From Amoebidium appalachense (Eukaryota; Protista; Ichthyosporea): DNA of 64,000 nucleotides. This document shows positions 50,592 through 63,500 of this stretch, piece after piece (within the stretch, counting starts at the first letter, position 1; each line of letters opens with the position of its first letter). The translations under genes were made by a program, and so were the position numbers. The stretch covers positions 2,356,001 through 2,420,000 of the forward strand of contig CAVNZM010000015.1 in NCBI GenBank assembly GCA_963693365.1, read 5' to 3'. The notes under the pieces are model-generated. The model made no database searches, was not told where the DNA came from, and saw only the letters and a list, made by a program, of their open reading frames with translations.

Positions 50592-53500
50592 GTGGCTGCG
50601 CGACCTGCGGAGGGGACCTGTGACCAGGCGACCTGCGGGAAGGGAACTGCGACCAGGCGACCTGCGGGAAGGGACCTGCGATCAGGCGACCTGCGGAAAA
50701 GGACCTGCGGACCTGCGGGAAGGGGGAAGAGAAATGCAGCAACCGTCAACAGTGTGGTTTCAGCCCTCAAGGCGCGCTTGGTGGCTTTTGATGACCCTAA
50801 GATGGTCGGTTGGAAAGTCACCGACCAGCTGCACTTGCTCTGTCGCACTCCTCGCAGAGGCCGTGCCTCGCCCCCACCTGGGTCGCCCTCTCCCCAGCGG
50901 CGTTCTGACGGTGTAGACGTCCAAGAGCAGCTGCAGGCGCTTTCTGCCCAAGTGCAAGCCCTCTCTGTTGCCCAGTCTGGTCGCCCCAAGAAGCCCTCTG
51001 CCGGCGGCCTGCTGAGCACGCTGTCTGTGCGGGCAAAGGGCAAGGAGCCTGTCTATGCGTACGACACCGGCAGTGAAGACACCACATCGTCGAGTGAGGA
51101 TTCTGATTCCAGCAGCAGTGGCTACGGTCGTTCCTCTGACAGCCGTCGTTCCTCTGGCCGTTCCAAACCCAACCCCAGCCGTTATCTGCTCTCCAGCGGC
51201 GCCAAAGTCAACCTGCGCGTCAAAGAACGTCTGGCCCCTTCCTACCTCAAGAACACCTTGGCTGACCAGGCCTCGGTCACTGCGGCTGTCCACGCGGCGG
51301 ATTGGGTCAGCTTCCGCAACAAACGGGAGGCTCTGACGCTTGCCCGTATGCTGGATCTGCTGCTGGCCGCCGACCCTAAGGCCCGCAAGGAGTCACCTGC
51401 TGTGGAAGTTGGTGTGCGCCGTCTGCTGGCTGTGCAGACTGCTGATCAGTCCAACGGGGACTGGGCTGTTGCAGAGCAGTTTGAGGAGCTCCCTGCGCGC
51501 AGCCTGCCCCTGCCCCCTGCCTTGGCCACCCGGGCTGTTCGTCAAGCCAAGACCCTCGCCGAAGTCACCCGGGCTCGGCGCGGTCCCGGCAGTGGCCCAT
51601 CCGGAGCCGGTCCATCGGCCCCTCCGGGGACTGGTGGGCACCGGGCCTAAACGGCCCTTTGGGGGTTCGGCACGCGGTTCTGTATATTATTTTCTTGTGG
51701 TTTCCTGCCACGTGCCCTTGATTAAATATGCCCCCCAAATTTTATAAGGATTCCACAGCTATGCCACGTCATGTCTTTGCCGCCTCTGATTTGTTTCCTG
51801 TTCCGGCCATTCCTGTGCCGGACCGTTCTGGACAAGCCCGTCTACGAAGTCAACGCCGTCGGCAACGTCTGTCTCACCGCCTGAAGGGGGTTACCTTGGC
51901 TAACCGTTGTCTTGGTGCCCTCAACGAGCTGTGGGCAGGCGGCCCTTGCCCATTCCCGACCCGGTTGGTGAACAGTCACCACCATGCCCTGTGGACCTTT
52001 GTCCTTAGGGCCAGCTACGATGCTATCTATACGCGCGGGTGTCTGCCACCGCCATCAATCGTCAGCGTGAATTGTATCATGGCGTCACCTGCCCGGCTGG
52101 TCTTCCCTCCAATGTCAAGAAGGATGTGGCTGCTGGTTCGTTGTCCTCTATGGTGCTGCTAGGCCTGGAAAAGCAACGCTCTGGGATATTGCGCCCGTCT
52201 GGCGCTTCCTTGTGCCGTCTGGTGGCGGAAACCCAGGCCGTGTTGCGTCGTGGTGTAGTCACGCAGCTCCGTTTGCAGCAGTTGCTTAGTGGTTGGGTGT
52301 GGGCGGCACTGCACTGCTGCAGCGGCCGCTTTTGTCGGTTCTGAGTGCCGTCTACAGTTTTGTGGAGCAGCTGGGGGGTCGGGAACAGCCCTTTCAGGCG
52401 ATGTGTGCTTTGGCCCCTTTGATGCGTTTTGATTTGCGTTCTGGGTTTGCTAGCACCATGTTCTGCACTGATGCTTCCTTGTTGGGTGGTGCAGTGGTGT
52501 CCCGGGTGCTTCCAGCAATGCTTCTCCGCCAAGTGCTGCCTCACTGCAACCGGCGTGGCCACTACAGCCAGCTGTCTGGTCCTGTGCACGAGCCAAGCCC
52601 GTCCGCCCCCCCGGCACTTATCCTGGCAGCTGTTGGTGGCTGGTGGACCACCAACATCAGTCATCGTTGGCGCCACTCCGACCACATCAACATTCTGGAG
52701 GGAGAAGCCTTTCTCCTGGGGCTTCGTCGATTAGGTCGGTCTACGGCTGCCCGGGGCTCCCGCTACCTTTGGGGCCTTGATTCGACGGCGCTGCTTGGGG
52801 CTGTTGCTAAGGGTCGTTCAGCATCCCGACACCTTAACCGTGTATGCCGCCAGGTGGCTGCCTACACGCTTGCCCTCGACATTCGTTTGTATTGTGTGTG
52901 GCTGCCGTCAGCCCACAATCCTGCAGATGGTCCCTCGCGGTTTTCTGGCTGACCAGGCCATAAAGCCCCCAACCCTCAAGGCCTACCGGGATGCTGTTGT
53001 TGAGTTCCTGGATTGGTTGCCCCTTGGCACCGACACCAAGTCCCCCGCCGAACTGGACGACCTCCTGGTGGAGTATTTTGAGGAGTGTTATGCCATTGAT
53101 CCATCGCGTGGCCAGCGTCAGCGCTGTATCAACACAGCTGCCGGCATCAAGCATTTCATGCCACGCCTGGGTCGACATCTGCAGGCCGCCCAACGGAGCC
53201 TGCAGGGCTGGAACCGGCTTTTCCAGCAAAGACCACGCCCCCGCTTCCGTTTTCATTGGTCCTCGTCATTGGCCATCACATGTATTCCAAAATTGGCCCC
53301 TTGTTTGGTTTTGCTGTTTTGCTTGGATTTGAGTGTTATTTTCGTGTCAGTGAGCTGCTTATGCTCACCCGTGCGGATCTTATTTTGCCCGATGACCCCG
53401 TTGCTCACGACATGCCACCCGGTACAGGCGGCATCTGCCTGGCCGACACCAAGACCGGTCCAAATCAGTTTGTCCCCATCACCGATCCGTCCCTGTTGGC

Positions 53501-54037
53501 CATCCTGACTTTCTGGTTCCGTGGTGCCCCCCCTTCTGCGCGGCTGTTTCCTTTCTCGTATGATGTTCTGCGTGCCAAGTTCCAAGCGGCATGTGACTCC
53601 CTCGGCCTCAACGAGTATGGGTTCCATCTTCACAGTCTTCGCCATGGTGGTGCCTCGAGAGACTACGTCAGGGGTGTTTCAGTAGAGACGATTGCTCTGC
53701 GTGGTCGATGGAGATCGCATGCCTCCCTCCGCCGGTATGTGCAGGCCGGTCAGTCTCTTGTTTTTTCTATTCGCGTGCCTGCGTCGCTCCTTGCCCGGGC
53801 TGCAGCGCTGCATCAGTCACCCACGGCATGGTTCGTTCCATCCTGTGCCAGGTAGGGAGTGGTGGAGCACACCTGTGCCTGCTTGTGAGATTGATCCACT
53901 GGCCCCGGCTCATGTATCCCCTTGCTGGGGCTGGTAAAGACGACGTTGGCATAAAAATATTTAGTTTGTAAACATGTTTTCTTTGCATGAGAATTAGATA
54001 GCCCCGTTGGAGTGAAATTGTGTGTTGCGAGTGTGCT
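50592..54037 (+). mobile_element. YR retrotransposon copy 3 with chimeric ORF1, RT core deleted, YR frameshifted
   Basis: ORF 50592-51650 is open with a foreign N-terminus; a deletion junction near 52043 removes about 820 bp including YVDD; YR frameshift near 53220; B and start of A at about 53860-54037. Confidence 0.92.
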
Positions 54038-54452
54038 TGTTCTTGTCCGCCATGTTCGAACATGTTTGAAAAAAGATGTGATGAGTTCATGAACAAATGA
54101 GGTGTACTAGTTCCTGTTTTATTACTGTCATTTCTTTTCCCCTGCGTCCACCATGCTCCCCCTTGGGTGCAGACAACCACCGTCGGGCGCTCCAGGCGCC
54201 GCAGGGCGGGGCCGGCAGGGCGCCGTCCTACTCTCCGAGCTCTGTTGTTTCGCGCCAAACTTTGGCGGGAAAGCCTGTGTGTGGCTGCCGTTGGCACAGT
54301 GTGACACAATCCAATATATGATATACTTTTGATAGGCTACTAAAATTTACAGGCACTTTTCGGCCCCGAGATCACAACTGTGGGTCTCCGCGGCCAAAAT
54401 CGTGATTCCTACAGCTAATGGTAATACCGGATCTTGACTATCCAAAAAGGTC

Positions 54453-55647
54453 TATTCTTATGCCAACGTCGTCTTTACCAGCCCCAGCAAGGGGATACAT
54501 GAGCCGGTGCCTGTGGATCAATCTCACAAGCAGGCACAGGTGTGCTCCACAGGAGCAATGAAAAGAATGACAAATGTCATACAGAAACATGCTCAAAAAA
54601 CGTAGCCTAGTGCCTAAATAGGCAAAGGGTGTGGTGGGTGGGCAAAAACTTAGCTAAACAATTGGGCCTAAAGAGACCTAAACGCGCTCAGTAGCGCCGC
54701 AACTGACCTCCCTGGGGCCGCGCAAGCTGATTATAGAGCGCGGCCCACATTTTTGCCTATGGAAATATGAAGAAATGACTTAGAACCTATCAAATCCATG
54801 AAATCTACCAAAATGGAATTTTTGCTGCACATCAACCAATGAAAAATTTTCACAAGTGGCTAAAACCCCTAGATTGTGCACAAAGACCAAACAATTGCCG
54901 CCCATTTCGGACTAGATAAACTCACAATCATCAATATATCCATGGATAGAAGGCATATCCCACAGAACATAAAAACAGCTACAGCTCCCTAAATAAGCAT
55001 GCTAGCAGCCTGAAACTGCACACACATCAAACAGACCAAGACCTACAACATACTACTACTACGAATTTTATAGCACACTCGCAACACACAATTTCACTCC
55101 AACGGTGCTATCTAATTCTCCTGCAAAGAAAACACGTTTACAAACTAAATATTCTTATGCCAACGTCATCTTTACCAGCCCCAGCAAGGGGATACATGAG
55201 TCGGTGCCTGTGGATCAATCTCACAAGCGGGGACAGGTGTGCTCCACCACTCACTATCTGGCACGGGAAGGAACGAACCATGCCGTGGTTGACTGACGCG
55301 GCGCTGCAGCCCGGACAAGGAGCGACACAGGCACTCAAATAGAAAGAACAAGTAACTGGCCGGCCTGCACATACCGGCGGAGGGAGGCATGCGATCTCCA
55401 CTGACCACGCAGTGCAATCGTCTCTACCGAACAAAACACCCCTGACGTAGTCTCTCAAGGCACCAACCACCATGGCGAAGACTGTGAAGATGGAACCCAT
55501 ACTCGTTGAGGCCGATGGAGTCACATGCCGCTTGGAACTTGGCACACAGAAAATCATACCACAAAGGAAACAGCCGCGCAGAAGGGGGGGCACCATGGTA
55601 CCAGAAAGACAGGATGGCCAACAGGGACAGATCAGTGATGGGGACAA
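54453..55647 (-). mobile_element. Complete right end of YR element, inverted: YR C-terminus, B1, A2, C, B2
   Basis: YR remnant 55647-55256; B1 55247-55150; A2 55151-54642; C 54641-54551; B2 54550-54453. Confidence 0.92.
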
Positions 55648-57609
55648 TATTTAGTTTGTAAATGTGTTTTATTTGCAGGAGAATTAGATAGCCCCGTTGG
55701 AGTGAAATTGTGTGTTGCTAGTGTGCTGTAAAATTCGTAGTAGTAGCATGGTGTAGGCCTTGGTGTGCTTGGTGGTGCTTTCCTGACTGTTTGGGCTAAC
55801 CTCATTCTGCTAGCAGTTTTAGTAGCTGTTTTTTTGTGAGCTTGGTAGCATTATCTGAGCATTTTTGTACTCTCTTCCTACCTTTCTTGTCCGCCATGTT
55901 CGAACATGTTTGAAAAAAGATGTGATGAGTTCATGAACAAATGAGGTGTACTAGTTCCTGTTTTATTACTGTCATTTCTTTTCCCCTGCGTCCACCATGC
56001 TCCCCCTGGGGTGCAGACAACCACCGTCGGGCGCTCCAGGCGCCGCAGGGCGGGGCCCCCAGTCGTTATCTGCTCTCCAGCGGCGCAAAAGTCAACCTGC
56101 GCGTCAAAGAACGTCTGGCCCCTTCCTACCTCAAGAGCACCTTGGCTGACCAGGCCTCGGTCACTGCGGCTGTCCACGCGGCGGATTGGGTCAGCTACCG
56201 CAACAAACGGGAGGCTCTGACGCTTGCCCGTATGCTGGATCTGCTGCTGGCCGCCGACCATAAGGCCCGCAAGGAGTCACCTGCTGTGGAAGTTGGTGTG
56301 CGCCGTCTGCTGGCTGTGCAGACTGCGGTGGGCACAGGGCCTAAACGGCCCTTTGGGGGTTCGGCACGCGGTTCTGTATAATATTTTCTTGTGGTTTCCT
56401 GCCATGTGCCCTTGATTCAATATGCCCCCTAATTTTTCTAAGGATTCCACAGCTATGCCACGTCATGTCTTTGCCGCCTCTGATTTGTTTCCTGTTCCGG
56501 CCATTCCTGTGCCGGACCGTTCTGGACAAGCCCGTCTACGGAGTCAACGCCGTCGGCAACGTCTGTCTCACCGCCTGAAGGGGGTTACCTTGGCTAACCG
56601 TTGTCTTGGTGCCCTCAACGAGCTGTGGGCAGGCCGCCCTTGCCCATTCCCGACCCGGTTGGTGAACAGTCACCACCATGCCCTGTGGACCTTTGTCCTT
56701 AGGGCCAGCTACGATGCTATACGCGCGGGTGTCTACGACGCTCAGCCTGCGAGTAGTGTCTTGGCTGCGTTCCCCGCGGCCTACCCTGTATTGACCGGAT
56801 GGCTACCTCTCACGGCGGCAAATGCCGCTTTGCCACCCCCTGGGGTTGGAGCCACAGTGGACGTGTTGCAGTTTTTGTCTCCTACACTGCAGCCGTTTTT
56901 GGCCAACCGCGACGTGGGCCTTCTCAAGCCTGTTCCGCCGACGCCTGCAGAGCTGCGCCACACCGACCTGCGCATCACATCACGTTCCCAGTGGGGAATA
57001 CGGTCACCTGCTTCTTCGGCTTCAAGACCGCGGCATGGTGCACTATTTCCAGGCGGAGGAAAAACCACTGGCCATCAATGGGCTGTTTGGGGTCCCCAAA
57101 GACACCAGAGCCCGCGTCATTTTTGACGGCCGCCGTGGACCGGTCTTGGTGTCGGCCAGGCGGATGCCGCCTGTACCGGGTGGCATGCCTTGGGGAACGG
57201 GGTCGTCGGGCAAAACAAGATCCGCACGGGAGAGCATAAGCAGCTCACTGACACGAAAATAACACTCAAATCAGAGCAAAGCAGCAAAATTTTAAACAAG
57301 CGGCCAAAACAAAAGAAAACTTGTTTACAAACTAAATATTGCGCGGCACCAGGGAGGTCAGTTGCGGCGCTACTGAGCGCGTTTAGGTCTCTTTAAGCCC
57401 AATTGTTTAGCTAAGTTTTTGCCCACCCATCACATCCTTGCCTATTTAGGCACTAGGCTACATTTTTGGAGCCTGTTTCTGTATGACATTTGTCATTCTT
57501 TTCATTGCTCCTGTGGAGGACACCTGTGCCTGCTTGTGAGATTGATCCACAGGCACCGGCTCATGTATCCCCTTGCTGGGGCTGGTAAAGTTGACGTTGG
57601 CATAAGAAA
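55648..57609. mobile_element. Scrambled YR-element fragments
   Basis: A start 55648-55775 (+); deleted ORF1 56057-56344 (+); RT N-part 56455-57140 (+); inverted YR piece 57141-57290; inverted A start near 57315-57338; A-end/C/B 57339-57609 (+). Confidence 0.85.
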
Positions 57610-57644
57610 ATATATCCAAAGCCATGGCGGCGCGGTGCGCTCAT

Positions 57645-59030
57645 ACGGTGGAACTGGTTATCCATGTCGGACTTGCCAAAGAAAAGACACTTGTCAGGGC
57701 CCAGCAGGAGATCAGCGAAATCTGCAGGGTTGGGGAGATGCACTTGAAGCGCCGGGTGGTCGGGAGCGAAGAACAAATTGCCGCGACGGCTGTCAAAAAT
57801 CACACAAGCTCGCGTGTCTTTGGGAACACTAAAAAGCGCGTTGATGGCCAGGCTTGTCCGTGGCATCGAAGTAGTGCACCATGCCACACTCCTGCAGGCG
57901 CTGAAACAAAGGCCCATATTCTCCATTGGGAACAGAATGTGCCGGACGAATGCGGCGGAGCTCCGCGGGAAGGCTTGAGAAGACCACCAGCGGGCAAAGA
58001 TAAAAAACGGATGCAGCACAGGAGACACGCACTGCATCACGTCGACCTAGGCCCGTACCCCAGGGGGTGGAAGAGCGGCATTGGCAGCTGTAAGGGGCAA
58101 ACAACCTGTAAGGACAGGGTACGGCAAGAGGAGCGCGGCCAAGAGGCTGCTCGCTGGCTGAGCATCATAGACACCCGCTGGACCTTCGTCCTGGCTTGCC
58201 CTCAGGACAAAGATCCAAAAGGCTTGGTGGTGACTGTTCACCGACCGAGACGGAAAATGGAAAGGGCCACCTGCCCACAACTCGATGAGGGGGCAATACA
58301 GGGGTTAGCCAGCGCGACAGCAGAACACGGCGAGACAACGCTGCTGGCTGCACTGGCTGGGAAGGGGACCGGCTGCGGGGTCACGCACGACGAGTAGGGA
58401 CAGGAATGGTTGGGATGGGGAAAAGATCAGAGGCGGCAAAGGGCTGACGTGGCATAGAGCAAGCTAATTAAGCTGGAAGGCCCATGGCCTGCGGGGGGCC
58501 AGGGCCAAAACAAGATGAGCGCGAGGATGAGCGGGGAGGGGAACAACCCGCGGTAGGAGGACGAAAGAGCGCCAGCAAACCAAGGCACCGCGGCCAGAGA
58601 AGGAACGACATGGTGGCAGCAGGGCTACGCTGGAGGCGGGGCTGGCGCGACACAAAAAGGGAACCAAAGACTGGGAAAACTAGTGGGTGGGAAGGCACCA
58701 CTGTAGGCCAAAAAGGGCACACATGGGAACACGGCCATTCAACGAAGGGGGCTATACAGGCGCGGCCACTGTATTGCAAAAACTTGACTACATGCAGTAA
58801 CCTAAAAAGGCCTACCTACTTACACCGAAACAGGCAGCCTAAGGAGGCCTACCTACACCATGCTAATGAGCACAGCGACTGAGACGCACGCAGCCCAAAA
58901 GGCTCTAAACCAAAGCATCGGAATGCAAAAACTATTGCGGGCGGGATTGCCTCATGACTATAATCCAATCAAAACGTCTACATATGCAGGAACACATTCC
59001 TCTACATACTTTCACCAATAAAAACCTAAA
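57645..59030 (-). mobile_element. Second YR retrotransposon family, degenerate 5' part (A-like repeat, no full ORF1, N-terminal RT)
   Basis: MPRQPFAASDLFP starting near 58455; WAGGPFHFPSRSVNSHHQAFW; INALFSVPKDTRACVIFD..HLPNPADFADLLLGPDKCLFFGKSDMDNQFHR. Many synonymous differences from family 1. Confidence 0.8.
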
Positions 59031-59089
59031 CTGCAAATTGTATACCAGCATACGTACATCACCAAATTTTCGCTACCACTATCACCTGC

Positions 59090-60543
59090 AACCAGAAAGA
59101 CAGGGGACGGATCGGTGATGGGGACAAACTGATTCGGACCGGTCTTGGTATTGGCCAGGCGGATGTCGCCTGTACCGGGTGGCATGTCGTGGGGAATGGG
59201 GTCGTCACGCAAAACAAGATCCGCACGGGTGAGCATATGCTCACAGACACGAAAATAACACTCAAATCCGAGCAAAACAGCAATACCAAACAAGGGGCCA
59301 ATTTTGGTATACAAATGATTGCCAATGACAAGGACCAATGAAAACGGAAGCGGGGGCATAGTCTTTGCTGGAACAAGCCGGCTCCAGCCCTGCAGACTCC
59401 GTTGGGCGGCCTGCAGGTGTGAACCCAGGCGTGGCATGAAATGCTTGATGCTGGCAGCTGTGTTGACACAGCACTGACGCTGGCCACGCGATGGATCAAT
59501 GGCGTAACACTCCTCAAAATACTCCACTAGGACGTCGACCAGTTCGGCGGGGGACTTGGTGTCGGTGCCAGGGGGCAACCAATCCAGGAACTCAACAACA
59601 GCATCCGGGTAGGCCTTTAGGATTGGGGGCTTTATGGCCTGGTCAGCCATAAAACCGCGAGGGACCATCTGCAGGATTGTGGGTTGACGGCAGCCACACA
59701 CAATACAAATGAATGTCGAGGGCAAGCGTGTAGGCAGCCACCTGGCGGCATACACGGTTCAGGCGTCAGGATGCTGAACAACCCTTAGCAACAGCCCCAA
59801 GCAGCGCCGTTGTATCAAGGCCCCAAAGGTAGCAGGAGCCCCGGGCAGCCGGAGACCGACCAAATCGACGAAGCCCCAGAAGCAAGGCTTCTCCCTCCAG
59901 AATGTTGATGTGGTCGGAGTAGCGCCAACGATGACTGATGTTGATGGTCCACCGGCCACCAACAGCTGCCAGAATAGGTGCCTGGGGGGCGGACGGGCTT
60001 GGCTCGTGCACGGGACCAGACAGCTGGCTGTAGTGGCCACGCCGGTTGCAGTGAGGCAGCACTTGGCGGAGAAGCGCTGCTGGAAGCACCCGGGACACCA
60101 CTGCACCACCCAACAAGGAAGCATCAGTGCAGAACATGGTGCTAGCAAACCCAGAACGCACAATGCATCAACGGGGCCAAAGCACACATCGCCTGAAGCT
60201 CCCACACCACGGGCGGTGGAAGGGGCTGGGCTGTTCCCGACCCCCCAGCTGCTTCACAAAACTGTAGACGGCACTCAGAACCGACAAAAGCGACCGCTGC
60301 AGCAGTGCCGCCCACACCCAACCACCAAGCAACTGCTGCAAATGAAGCTGCGTGACGACACCACGACGCAACACGGCCTGGGTTTCACCATCAGACGGCA
60401 CAAGGAAGCACCAGACGGGCGCAAAATCCAAGAGCAATGCATTTCAAGGCCTAGCAGCACCATAGAGGACGACGAACCAGCAGCCACATCCTTCCTGACT
60501 TTGGAGGGAAGAGCAGCCGGGCCGGTGACGCCATGATACGATT
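59090..60543 (-). mobile_element. Inverted fragment (RT C-terminus, RH, YR) of the same defective variant as copy 1
   Basis: ORF 59012-59755 is near-identical to 39759-40469, and 59766-60161 to 39353-39748, including shared lesions. Confidence 0.92.
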
Positions 60544-63500
60544 CCCAAGCGTGGCATGAAATGCTTGATGCCGGCAGCTGTGTTGACACAGCGCTGACGC
60601 TGGCCACGCGATGGATCAATGGCATAACACTCCTCAAAATACTCCACCAGGAGGTCGTCCAGTTTGGCGGGGGACTTGGTGTCGGTGCCAGGGGGCAACC
60701 AATCCAGGAACTCAGCAACAGCATCCCGGTAGGCCTTGAGGGTTGGGGGCTTTATGGCCTGGTCAGCCAGAAAACCGCGAGGGACCATCTGCAGGATTGT
60801 GGGCTGACGGCAGCCACACACAATACAAACGAATGTCGAGGGCAAGCGTGTAGGCAGCCACCTCAGGCTGGCGGCATACACGGTTAAGGCGTCGGGATGC
60901 TGAACGACCCTTAGCAACAGCCCCAAGCAGCGCCGTCGAATCAAGGCCCCAAAGGTAGCGGGAGCCCCGGGCAGCCGTAGACCGGCCTAATCGACGAAGC
61001 CCCAGGAGCAAGGCTTCTCCCTCCAGAATGTTGATGTGGTCGGAGTGGCGCCATTGATGACTGATGTTGGTGGTCCACCGGCCACCAACAGCTGCCAGGA
61101 TAGGTGCCGGGGGGGCGGACGGGCTTGGCTCGTACACAGGACCAGACAGCTGGCTATAGTGGCCACGCCGGTTGCAGTGAGGCAGCACTGCGCGGAGAAG
61201 CGTTGCTGGAAGCTTCCGGGACACCACTGCACCACCCAACAAGGAAGCATCAGTGCAGAACATGGTGCTAGCAAACCCAGAACGCAAATCACAACGCATC
61301 AAAGGGGCCAAAGCACACATCGCCTGAAGCTCCCACACCACGGGCGGGGGAAGGGGCTGTTCCCGACCCCCCAGCTGCTCCACAAAACTGTAGACGGCAC
61401 TCAGAACCGACAAAAGCGGCCGCTGCAGCAGTGCCGCCCACACCCAACCACCAAGCAACTGCTGCAAACGGAGCTGCGTGACGACACCACGACGCAACAC
61501 GGCCTGGGTTTCCGCCACCAGACGGCACAAGGAAGCGCCAGACGGGCGCAATATCCCAGAGCGATGCATTTCCAGGCCTAGCAGCACCATAGAGGACGAC
61601 GAACCAGCAGCCACATCCTTCTTGACATTGGAGGGAAGACCAGCCGGGCCGGTGACGCCATGATACGATTCACGCTGACGATTGATGGCGGTGGCATCTG
61701 TGCCGACCCAGCCACAGTCGTCTACATACAGGGCATGCTGCGTAGATTCCACAGGCCGCGGCACTATCACACAGAGGCGCTCAATGCGGGGCATGCCGGC
61801 TCGGTCAGCCAACTGCCCATGGACGTCTTGAGCCACAAGCACAGAATGCACCCAGCCCATGGGCACGGTCTTGAGGGCCAGGTACACAAGCCGGTCGGGC
61901 CCAGAAATGCCAACAGCCTCCGAAGACACAGGCGGCAATCCGAAGTACCGCCACAGCCACTCCGGGGCAAGAAGACGATGGAACTGGTTGTCCATGTCTG
62001 ACTTGCCAAAATAGAGGCAATCCTCAGGCCCCAGCAACAGATCGGCAAAATCGGCAGGGTTGGGCAGGTGCACCTTGAGGGCAGGATGATCACGGGCAAA
62101 GAACAGGTTGCCACGGCGGCCGTCAAAAATGACGCGGGCTCTGGTGTCTTTGGGGACCCCAAACAGCCCATTGATGGCCAGTGGTTTTTCCTCCGCCTCG
62201 AAATAGTGCACCATGCCGCAGTCTTGAAACCGAAGAAGCAGGGGACCGTATTCCCCACTGGGAACGTGATGCGCCGGTCGGATGCGGCGCAGCTCTGCAG
62301 GCGTCGGCGGAACAGGCTTGAGAAGGCCGCCGTCGCAGTTGGCCAAAAACGGCTGCAGTGTAGGAGACAAAAACTGCAACACGTCCACTGTGGCTCCAAC
62401 CCCAGGGGGTGGCAAAGCGGCATTTGCCGCGGTGAGAGGTAGCCATCCTGTCAATACAGGGTAGGCCGCGGGGAACGCAGCCAAGACACTACTCGCAGGC
62501 TGAGCGTCGTAGACACCCGCGCGTATAGCATCGTAGCTGGCCCTAAGGACAAAGGTCCACAGGGCATGGTGGTGACTGTTCACCAACCGGGTCGGGAATG
62601 GGCAAGGGCGGCCTGCCCACAGCTCGTTGAGGGCACCAAGACAACGGTTAGAACCCCCTTCAGGCGGTGAGACAGAGGTTGCCGGCGGCGTTGACTCCGT
62701 AGACTGTCTTGTCCAGAACGGTCCGGCACAGGAATGGCCGGAACAGGAAACAAATCAGAGGCGGCAAAGACATAACGTGGCATAGCTGTGGAATCCTGAG
62801 AAAATTAGGGGGCATATTGAATCAAGGGCACGTGGCAGGAAACCACAAGAAAATAATATACAGAACCGCGTGCCGAACCCCCAAAGGGCCGTTTAGGCCC
62901 TGTGCCCACCGGTCCGTGGAGGGGTCGATGGACCGGCCCCGGATGGGGCGCTGTCGGGATCGCGCCGAGCCCGGGTGACTTCGGCGAGGGTCTTGGCTTG
63001 ACGAACAGCCCGGGTGGCCAAGGCAGGGGGCAGGGGCAGGCTGCGCGCAGGGAGCTCCTCAAACTGCTCTGCAACAGCCCAGCCCCCGTTGGACTGATCA
63101 GCAGTCTGCACATCCAGCAGACGGCGCACACCAACTTCCACAGCAGGTGACTCCTTGCGGGCCCTAGGGTCGGCGGCCAGCAGCAGATCCAGCATACGGG
63201 CAAGCGTCAGAGCCTCCCGTTTGTTGCGGTAGCTGACCCAATCCGCCGCGTGGACAGCCGCAGTGACCGAGGCCTGGTCAGCCAAGGTGCTCTTGAGGTA
63301 GGAAGGGGCCAGACGTTCTTTGACGCGCAGGTTGACTTTGGCGGCGCTGGAGAGCAGGTAACGGCTGGGGTTGGGTTTGGAACGGCCAGAGGAACGACGG
63401 CTGCGAGAGGAATGACCGTAGCCACTGCTGCTGGAAGAAGAATCCTCAGTCGACGATGGGGTGTCTTCACTGCCGGTGTCGTACGCATAGACTGGCTCCT

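Noticed and set aside
54295-54301. CACAGTG RSS/Transib-like heptamer
   Set aside because: No nonamer at 12 or 23 spacing, no partner TIR and no Transib transposase.
57624-58397. 257-aa plus-strand ORF and other long antisense or alternate-frame ORFs over the YR elements
   Set aside because: They are shadow frames of GC-rich RT, ORF1 and YR sequence with no independent motifs.
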